In this document: one piece after another, positions 57,037-64,000 of the stretch
How the letters are laid out: every line of letters starts with the position of its first letter
Numbering within the stretch: the stretch's first letter is position 1
NCBI GenBank assembly: GCA_020720405.1
Contig: DYOS01000001.1
Span: forward strand, 31,002-95,001
Origin: Caldithrix sp.
GTDB taxonomy: Bacteria; Calditrichota; Calditrichia; Calditrichales; Calditrichaceae
Direction: 5' to 3'
Length of the DNA: 64,000 nt
The notes under the pieces: generated by a model
Databases searched by the model: none
The model's input: the letters and a program-made list of their open reading frames with translations, nothing else
Told to the model about the DNA's origin: nothing
Translations under genes and position numbers: made by a program

Positions 57037-59451
57037 ATGATACCGTACCGGATATTTTTTTATTTAATCCTTTTTTCAGTTCTCCCGGGCCATGGCTATA
57101 CCCAGGGTCCGTACAGGTTTACTGAAGAAAAAATCATCCATCTCGGCCGCGAACAGCTTTGGCGGCAAAGTGATGAATCCCAAAAAACCAGCTTTTACCT
57201 GCCCATTTTCTCGGAGAATAAACAGCAGTTTTCAATCTCAGCCAATTTCAGCATCGACACTTCAGATATCTTTGACCAGGCTTTACTTTATATCCCGGTC
57301 TATTCCGGTGATTTTTCGGTAACCCTTAACAATAAAAATCTGGGCTATCAGGCCGATGACGGATTAAGCAAAGTCATCCCGGTTCCTATAGAGCTGCTAA
57401 ATTTTTCCGGGACCAATAAAATAGAATTACAGTTTTTTGAACCGGGCTGGACAGGCCGGGGTTATCCGGTTTACCGGCAAATTGGTGAACAGCATTTTAT
57501 ACTCGGTCTGAACAATGAAATTTCACTCCATCTTTTTCGCGGCACAGGCATAGAACTGGAATTTACCGAAATTGAACGCGCCGGAAATTCTGTAAACATT
57601 AACTGCCGCCTGAAGCTAAAAGCTAAACCGGAAATCATCGCCAATAAAACAGAACTGAACCTGAGAGTAAAAGTCAGTGATGGTATAAATATTCTTGAAA
57701 ATCAGGTTGTGCCAGTCACTGTGGATGGTGAATGGCAAAGCAATTTCCGGATAAAAATTCCCGAATCCCGGCTTTGGCCTAAAACTCTCATCCCACCTTT
57801 GCTTTCGGTTAGTTATGATAAAAACCTGGCCAATGTTTTTTATTTTGAATATCCGCTCAGAGTAAAACTGACCCGGTTTTTAAAAAAAATACAACTCAAT
57901 GGCAAAGAACCGGAATTGCGTGGTTATAACCTTGTACTGCACCGGGAAAACAGATTGCAAAGTACTTACCGGTCATCCTTAAAAAACTTACTGGTCAACC
58001 TGCAAAGGTCAGGGTTTAACCTGATTCGGGTTACAGACCACCTGCCGGATGATTATCTTCTTTCACTTTGTGATTCGCTGGATCTGACCGTATTTGGCGA
58101 TCTGCCTGTGCGGCGTTTGCTTCCGGCAGATGTTAGCAATGAAAACCTGATTGTTTTAAGTAAAAAAAGCCTGGATGATGCTTTTCAAAAACTTCAAATC
58201 CATCCTTCTCTGACAGCCATTGGCTTGGGCTCCGAGCTCGACTTGTCGAGCCCGGTTGCCGAGAAATTTTTCCATATTCTGGGTACAAATGCCGGTCATC
58301 CCGGGTTTTGGCTAACCTATTTATCACCAGTTCCGGCTGCCGGTCAGCCAAAGTTTTCGGTGGTCGATTTTTATCTTCTCGATCATTATGCGCCGTTGCC
58401 GCGAATTCAACCCGATCTGCATACGGCAAATTATTACAGTAGCGGTAAATTCAGTTTCAGCAAATATCCGGATAAAAAAGAGTTGCAGCTGAATTTTCGG
58501 AAAAGCAGGGAAATCTTTGGCCAGACCTGTATTTTCTATGGGAATTCGCACTGGTTTAAGGGATCAAATTTAACACAGATTAAGAAAACAGATGGCTTGA
58601 TATTTAATCCGGTTCCGGATTTTTTCGACCCGCAAGCCGGTGCAGATCCAGCTTTCTGGCAGCGTCTTGAAAATGAAATTGTAATTTCAACCGAGCTGAG
58701 CGGCGCCTCAAATACTTACTCAATAATCATTTTTGTGGCCTTTATTATTTTTATGCTGGTCTATCGGCGCAGTGTCCGCCTGCGCAGCGATTTAATCCGT
58801 TCCCTGCGCAACTCCAATGGTTTTTTTATGGATATCCGGGAACGACGAATCATCCCGCTGCATCATTCAACCTTCGTTGGTATTGTCGGTGCTATCCTGC
58901 TTGGAACCATAACTGCCGCTATTCTCTCCGGTCATCTCAATCGATACTGGATAAATGAAATTTCCTATATTCTCTTACACCCACTGGGTCTGTTCAGTTA
59001 TTTTCAGAAAATCAGTACCAATGATTTTTTACTGGTACTCTATCTTAGCGGAATCTATTTATTCATTCCGATTTCGATAAGTATGCTGATTTACCTGTTT
59101 GCCCTTATTTCAGGTTTTACTCTCCGTCTGCGCCAGGCTTTTGCCATCGCTTTGTGGAGCGGATCGCCTCTGTTGCTCCTTTTTCCGGTAGCCTTCTTCA
59201 GCCAGTACATACTCAGTATTTTCGATGTATATATGGCCGCTTTCTACCTGGTTATCTTTATGGTGATTTGGATTCACTGGCGCTTAATCAAAGGTATCCG
59301 GGCCATTTTCTACCGGCGTTCGGCAAAGGTTCTTCTGATCGTTCTATTGTCTTACACCGTTCCCATTCTTATCTTTTGGGCTGTTTTTAAACCGGATCAG
59401 CAGTGGTATGAGTATATCCGGTTCATGATCAACACCCGCATTATTTTTTAG
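57037..59451 (+). CDS. Membrane protein with a GH2-like (beta-sandwich plus TIM-barrel-like) ectodomain fused to a C-terminal polytopic domain
   Basis: A signal or anchor segment is present. IQLNGKEPELRGYNLVLHRE...NLQRSGFNLIRVTDHLPDDYLLSLCDSLDLTVFGDLPV resembles the GH2 block i.lNG..v.lrGvnrH....G......d....k..g.N.iR.sHyp....fl.lcDelGl.v..E.p. About 6-7 TM helices lie in the last roughly 250 aa. I set the start at ATG 57037. Confidence 0.55.
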   Translation: MIPYRIFFYLILFSVLPGHGYTQGPYRFTEEKIIHLGREQLWRQSDESQKTSFYLPIFSENKQQFSISANFSIDTSDIFDQALLYIPVYSGDFSVTLNNKNLGYQADDGLSKVIPVPIELLNFSGTNKIELQFFEPGWTGRGYPVYRQIGEQHFILGLNNEISLHLFRGTGIELEFTEIERAGNSVNINCRLKLKAKPEIIANKTELNLRVKVSDGINILENQVVPVTVDGEWQSNFRIKIPESRLWPKTLIPPLLSVSYDKNLANVFYFEYPLRVKLTRFLKKIQLNGKEPELRGYNLVLHRENRLQSTYRSSLKNLLVNLQRSGFNLIRVTDHLPDDYLLSLCDSLDLTVFGDLPVRRLLPADVSNENLIVLSKKSLDDAFQKLQIHPSLTAIGLGSELDLSSPVAEKFFHILGTNAGHPGFWLTYLSPVPAAGQPKFSVVDFYLLDHYAPLPRIQPDLHTANYYSSGKFSFSKYPDKKELQLNFRKSREIFGQTCIFYGNSHWFKGSNLTQIKKTDGLIFNPVPDFFDPQAGADPAFWQRLENEIVISTELSGASNTYSIIIFVAFIIFMLVYRRSVRLRSDLIRSLRNSNGFFMDIRERRIIPLHHSTFVGIVGAILLGTITAAILSGHLNRYWINEISYILLHPLGLFSYFQKISTNDFLLVLYLSGIYLFIPISISMLIYLFALISGFTLRLRQAFAIALWSGSPLLLLFPVAFFSQYILSIFDVYMAAFYLVIFMVIWIHWRLIKGIRAIFYRRSAKVLLIVLLSYTVPILIFWAVFKPDQQWYEYIRFMINTRIIF

Positions 59452-59465
59452 AGATTCTTAAAAAG

Positions 59466-62400
59466 ATGTATTTATCAAAACTTGATATTTTTGGTTTTAA
59501 ATCGTTTGCTATGAAAACCCAGCTCGAATTTCGGGATGGGACAAGTTGTATTATCGGACCGAACGGTTCCGGCAAATCAAATATTGTTGATGCCATCCGC
59601 TGGGTTCTTGGTGAGCAGAAAGCAAATACCCTGCGCAGTGATAAAATGGAAAATGTTATCTTCAACGGAACCCGGCTTAGAAAACCGGTCGGGATGACGG
59701 AAGTCTCACTGACCATTCAGAATTCAAAAAAAGTACTGCCGACAGAATTTGACGAGGTGGTTATTTCCCGCCGTCTGTATCGTTCCGGGGAAAGCCAGTA
59801 CCTGATCAATAAAACTCCCGTTCGTCTCAAGGATGTTACCGATTTGTTTATGGATACCGGGCTTGGCCCGAATTCCTATTCGGTGATTGAGCTTAAAATG
59901 GTAGAGAGCATTCTGAGCGAAAACAAGAATGAAAGACGCCAGTTGCTGGATGAAGCAGCCGGCATTGTCAAATACAAATTGCGCCGGCGCTCAGCCCTGC
60001 GCAAACTCGAATCGACGCGCAACGATCTGATCCGTCTCCATGATATCGTCAATGAAATTCAAAAAAATGTAAATACCCTGTCCCGGCAGGTCGGCAAAGC
60101 CCGCCGCTACCTGGAATATGTCGATCTGCTGAAAAAACTGGAAATTGATCTGGCCAAATACCGCTTCCACCATCTTTGGGATGAGATCAGACCATTGCAA
60201 ATGAGTATTCAGGAAGCCGGTCAAAAAAAGGAAGAACGCTCACACCAGATTACGATTGACGATGCTATTCTTGAAAGACTGCGTAAAGATTCTCTGGATT
60301 CTGACCGGATTCTCATGGAAATACAGCAGAACTTATCAGGCATTGACCGGAACATTGCCGGCCTGCGTCAAACAGTTGCCGTCTCTGAAACCAGAATTGA
60401 GGAGATCGGTAAACTCAAAATCAGTCTTTCCGCTGAAATGGACGAACTGGCCCGGAAAAAAGAAACTGCCGCCAGATATCTTGAAGACTTCCTTATTGAA
60501 ATTCAGGAACTGGAAATAAAAACTGAAAGCGAAGCGGAACAGGTTCAGGCTTTAACCGAAACCAAAAACCAGGAACAAGCCCTGATTTTAGCTTTCCGTA
60601 AGGAAATCGACGATCTCAATTTTAGTTTTAAGAACCGTCTTAATGAACTCTCTGCACTAAAGGAAAAGCTTAATAACTATCAGTATCAGCTTGGTTTTGA
60701 ATCCAACCAAAAAGAACAGTTGCTGGCTGCCCTGCAAAATTTTAGCGCCGACCATTCTGTTCTTAAAGAGCAATTGACAAAAATTTCCAACAAGCTGACC
60801 AAAGTCCGCCAGGATATCGCTGAACAGACTATAACTCTCGAACATCTCGAACAGGATAAGGAAAACCTTCAGACTGACATACGCAACGAGGAAGGCAGCC
60901 TGAACCGGATGATTTCAGAAATTGAAAAAGCCCGGGCCAGGTATAATTTTTTTAAACAAATTCTGAGTAGCTACGAGGGACATGCTGTAAGCACCCGTTT
61001 TATTATGGAAAACCGAACCGATTTCAGCGGCATCCATGCTCCACTTTCCGATATTATCTCGGTTGACGAAAAATACGCACCATTGATTGAGATTATTTTA
61101 GGTGAAGCTTTAAATTATATTGTGGTCGATTCTGCCGAAATTGCGGCCTCTGTCTTCTCCCAATTGCGGGAAAAGGATAAGGGCCGGATCACCCTTATTC
61201 CATTGGATCGTATTTCCCGAATCAGCTTTACCGCCGATAATCCCCGTTCCGGAGTCAACTATTTGCTCGACAAAATAGAGTGCGAGGCAAAATACAGGCA
61301 CCTGTTTAAGATACTTCTGGAAGATGTCGTCATCGTCGATTCCCTTGCCGAAGGGCTGAAGCTGGCCGCAGACCATAATCAATTACGGATTATCACCATG
61401 GATGGCGAGGTGGTAAATTTTAACCGGGAAATCAGCGGCGGTATTCTGCGCCGTTCCGATAGCGGTATAGTCGGCCGCCGGGATAACCTGCAAAAATATA
61501 AAAGTCTGACCGAGGAAAATGAAAAAAAGGCTGGTGCGATCCGTGAAAAAATTGATCGGTTCCGGGAAAAACTATCTGCTATCGAAGGACAGATCCGACA
61601 GGCCAGAGAGAAAATTGTGCTAACCGAAAAAGAAAAGCACGATATTGAAAAGGCTGAGAGCCAGGTTCAGTACGAAATAAATGCCCTGCTCCGCAATGCA
61701 GATGAAACCAGGAAGAAAATCAGCAGCATCGAAGCACGGTTACAGGAACTCATTGAGCAGAGTCAAACCGCTGGCAAACACCTGTCTTCAGGAGAACAGA
61801 CCATCCGCGATGAGGAAAAAGATGTTATTCATAAAACCACAGAATACGAGAAAAATTTAGCGCTCTTCCAGGCTGCAGCTGATGAAGTGCAGAGGGCCCA
61901 GATCTCCTATAACTCTATGCGCAATCAGTTGAACAACCGTCGGCAGGATGCGGAACGATCGCGCCAGGCCATCACTGAGATGATGTCGCAGCGGGAAAAA
62001 CATGAAAAATCCATAGCACAGGCCGATATCGACGCAGAAAATAACCGGCAAAAAATCAGCGCAGCGCAAACACAGCTCGAAGCTGAGTTTTCCGACCGTG
62101 ATAAATTGGACCGCGAAAGTAAAGAAAAAGAGCATGTCAGCCAGGAACTGAAAGACCGGATACAGGTTCTTGAACAACAGACCAGAAAATATCGCCGGGA
62201 ACACGACGAATCTCAGGAGCTGAGCCGGAAACTGGAACTGAACCTGAAAGAATACACGATCAAAGCTGAAACGACACGGGAGCGCATTCTTAAATTATAT
62301 AACGAGGATATTGAACTATCCCTGCCCTTTGACGGCATGGATGAGAAAGCAGCCGAGGTGGAAATTGACTCACTCGAGCAAAGGATAAAAATGATGGGGC

Positions 62401-62987
62401 CGGTAAATCCGCTGGCCGTTGAAGAGTATGACCGGGAAAAGGAACGGCTCGATTTTCTGACCAAGCAGATCAACGATTTGGAACAGGCCGAAACTATGCT
62501 CATCGAAACCATAAATAAAATCAATGAGACGGCCAGAAAACAATTCACAGATACCTTTGGCTTAATCAAAGTAAATTTCGAGCAGGTCTTTAAATCCTTC
62601 TTCGAGAATGGCGAAGGTACCATTAACATTATCGATCAGGACGACCTGCTGGAATCCGACATCGAAATAACGGTCAGAACCAAAGGCAAGCAGCTTCAGA
62701 CCCTGACCCTGCTCTCTGGCGGAGAAAAAACACTGACCGCCATTTCCCTGCTGTTCGCCATTTATCTGGTTAAACCAAGCCCATTTTGTATTCTGGATGA
62801 AGTTGATGCACCGCTGGATGATGTCAATATTGTCCGTTTCACCGATGCCCTCCGTTCCTTTTCAAACAATACCCAATTTATTGTTGTTACACACAACAAA
62901 CGTACCATGGAAGCCGCAGAAACTATGTATGGTGTGACCATGGAAGAAGAGGGCGTTTCAAAAATAATTTCAGTTCAATTTAATTAG
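59466..62987 (+). CDS. smc: Chromosome partition protein Smc
   Basis: The Walker A motif is GPNGSGKSNIVDAIRWVLGEQ. Long coiled coils flank a hinge. The signature motif is LSGGEKTLTAISLLFAI and the Walker B motif is FCILDEVDAPLDD. The length is 1173 aa. Confidence 0.95.
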   Translation: MYLSKLDIFGFKSFAMKTQLEFRDGTSCIIGPNGSGKSNIVDAIRWVLGEQKANTLRSDKMENVIFNGTRLRKPVGMTEVSLTIQNSKKVLPTEFDEVVISRRLYRSGESQYLINKTPVRLKDVTDLFMDTGLGPNSYSVIELKMVESILSENKNERRQLLDEAAGIVKYKLRRRSALRKLESTRNDLIRLHDIVNEIQKNVNTLSRQVGKARRYLEYVDLLKKLEIDLAKYRFHHLWDEIRPLQMSIQEAGQKKEERSHQITIDDAILERLRKDSLDSDRILMEIQQNLSGIDRNIAGLRQTVAVSETRIEEIGKLKISLSAEMDELARKKETAARYLEDFLIEIQELEIKTESEAEQVQALTETKNQEQALILAFRKEIDDLNFSFKNRLNELSALKEKLNNYQYQLGFESNQKEQLLAALQNFSADHSVLKEQLTKISNKLTKVRQDIAEQTITLEHLEQDKENLQTDIRNEEGSLNRMISEIEKARARYNFFKQILSSYEGHAVSTRFIMENRTDFSGIHAPLSDIISVDEKYAPLIEIILGEALNYIVVDSAEIAASVFSQLREKDKGRITLIPLDRISRISFTADNPRSGVNYLLDKIECEAKYRHLFKILLEDVVIVDSLAEGLKLAADHNQLRIITMDGEVVNFNREISGGILRRSDSGIVGRRDNLQKYKSLTEENEKKAGAIREKIDRFREKLSAIEGQIRQAREKIVLTEKEKHDIEKAESQVQYEINALLRNADETRKKISSIEARLQELIEQSQTAGKHLSSGEQTIRDEEKDVIHKTTEYEKNLALFQAAADEVQRAQISYNSMRNQLNNRRQDAERSRQAITEMMSQREKHEKSIAQADIDAENNRQKISAAQTQLEAEFSDRDKLDRESKEKEHVSQELKDRIQVLEQQTRKYRREHDESQELSRKLELNLKEYTIKAETTRERILKLYNEDIELSLPFDGMDEKAAEVEIDSLEQRIKMMGPVNPLAVEEYDREKERLDFLTKQINDLEQAETMLIETINKINETARKQFTDTFGLIKVNFEQVFKSFFENGEGTINIIDQDDLLESDIEITVRTKGKQLQTLTLLSGGEKTLTAISLLFAIYLVKPSPFCILDEVDAPLDDVNIVRFTDALRSFSNNTQFIVVTHNKRTMEAAETMYGVTMEEEGVSKIISVQFN

Positions 62988-62999
62988 ACGGGAGAGCGC

Positions 63000-64000
63000 A
63001 TGAAGAGAATGCTAATGATATTATTTTATTTACCGGCTTTTGTTCTGGCCCAATTCGACTTCCTTCCAATCAATGCCGATTACACCAGTTTCAGCGCCTC
63101 CGACAGCAACGCCTATATTGAAGTTTATATATCGGTTTTCCGGGGCAACCTGCAATTCTCACCTCTCCCCGATGGACAGTTTAAGGCACAGTTCAGCACT
63201 CATCTCTCGGTTCAAAAAGGCAGCGAAATTGTACAAAAACTGGATCATGATTACGAATCGCAAACCGCTGATACCAGCCGGGCCGCCGGTCTGAACCAAT
63301 TCATTGATGTTTTTACCCTGCAATTGCCCTACGGAACCTATTCTGCCACAGTCCGGCTGGAAGATAAAAACTCCGGGCGATCCGGAGAATATCAGCTTGA
63401 CCTGATTACCCACCAACCTGAACAGGGCATTTATTTTTCGCAGGTCGAACTCTGCTCGGAAATTAAATCCGATGATTCCCCTTCCCTGTTTCATAAAAAT
63501 GGATTACGTGTTGTGCCCAACGCACGCCGCTCTTATGATTTTTTACAACCCTTACTCTATTTTTATGTAGAACTTAATAATTTACCCTATCAGCCCGGTA
63601 CATCTGCTCAGTACACGGTCTCCTACAATATCAGCGACGCCTCGGGCAAGATCATCCGCGATGGCGGCAGTAAGGATAAACCGGTTACCGCTGCTACACA
63701 GGCTGAAATAAACGGGCTGAACGTAATAGCTTTACCGGCCGGTATATACTATCTCAATATTCAGGCTACGGAATCGGTCAGCCACAAAACGGTGACCGCG
63801 AATAAAAAATTCAGGGTCTACAAACCGGATAAAAACAAAAAGCCGGAGCAGGAGATTATTCCTGAAATCGCTGATGTCTTGTTAAGTCTTTCTGATGAGG
63901 AAATTAAACAGGAATTTTCTTACGTCTCCTATCTGGCCAATCCTGCAGAAAAAAAGGTTTGGAAAGGTCTGACGGAAATAATTTCCAAACAGAAATTTTT
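63000..64000 (+). CDS. GWxTD-domain family secreted protein (3'-partial; runs off the window)
   Basis: The frame is open from ATG 63000, which is preceded by a GGGAGAG Shine-Dalgarno sequence, to the window end, so it is absent from the ORF track. My hand translation gives MKRMLMILFYLPAFVLAQFDFLPINADYTSF...VELNNLPY...FRVYKPD...LSDEEIKQEFSYVSYLANPAEKKVWKGL. This matches the N-terminal and central layout of GWxTD proteins. The GWxTD motif itself would lie beyond the window. Confidence 0.6.
   Translation, partial: MKRMLMILFYLPAFVLAQFDFLPINADYTSFSASDSNAYIEVYISVFRGNLQFSPLPDGQFKAQFSTHLSVQKGSEIVQKLDHDYESQTADTSRAAGLNQFIDVFTLQLPYGTYSATVRLEDKNSGRSGEYQLDLITHQPEQGIYFSQVELCSEIKSDDSPSLFHKNGLRVVPNARRSYDFLQPLLYFYVELNNLPYQPGTSAQYTVSYNISDASGKIIRDGGSKDKPVTAATQAEINGLNVIALPAGIYYLNIQATESVSHKTVTANKKFRVYKPDKNKKPEQEIIPEIADVLLSLSDEEIKQEFSYVSYLANPAEKKVWKGLTEIISKQKF

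Noticed and set aside
63040-63494. The ORF track lists ORFs at 63040-63294 (+) and 63159-63494 (-) near the right edge.
   Set aside because: A third frame is open from ATG 63000, which has a Shine-Dalgarno sequence, to the window end. It encodes a signal peptide and a GWxTD-family-like protein. The listed ORFs overlap it in other frames and have no motifs. The real gene is missing from the track only because it has no stop codon inside the window.

Overview
The window is a moderately AT-rich bacterial chromosomal segment that is densely packed and almost entirely housekeeping. I found no rRNA, CRISPR array, transposase, integrase or prophage signal.

Gene content:
- Cell division: ZapB-like protein, ZapA, MltG, RlpA, SMC.
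- RNA metabolism: RNase Y and a candidate 6S RNA.
- Translation: LeuRS, AsnRS, and three tRNAs, namely Pro-GGG, Pro-CGG and Arg-CCU.
- Secretion: SecD and SecF.
- DNA repair and replication: LigA, PcrA/UvrD, and an MrfA/MrfB-like helicase-exonuclease pair.
- Lipid metabolism: PlsY, GpsA, and an acyl-CoA ligase.
- Central metabolism: FolD, FBPase, Apt, ArgD-like aminotransferase, tryptophanase, and leucine-catabolism genes.
- Several large TPR or TolB-like envelope proteins.

The gene repertoire (GWxTD protein, DUF4416, many TPR lipoproteins, RNase Y) suggests an uncultivated FCB-group-like lineage. Phylum cannot be fixed from this window.

Strand layout is + for about 1-15.1 kb, - for about 15.1-54.9 kb with one + exception, and + from 55.2 kb to the end.

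Observations most worth follow-up:
1. selD is a selenoprotein gene. An in-frame TGA at 4894-4896 sits at the catalytic Cys position and is followed by a SECIS-like hairpin. The ORF track truncates the gene by 55 codons.
2. A structured RNA of about 180 nt with 6S RNA architecture lies between zapA and rny, with its own promoter-like motif and a U-tract.
3. A tight operon at 55.2-59.5 kb encodes two paralogous lipoproteins, a PdxJ-fold protein in which most catalytic residues are substituted, and a GH2-like ectodomain fused to a polytopic membrane domain.
4. A lipoprotein resembles a 5'-nucleotidase or metallophosphatase but has degenerate metal ligands and a CGC motif.
5. An isolated GC-rich nested hairpin sits in the ligA/lipoprotein divergent intergenic region.

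All functional calls come from motif recognition by eye. No database search was run.
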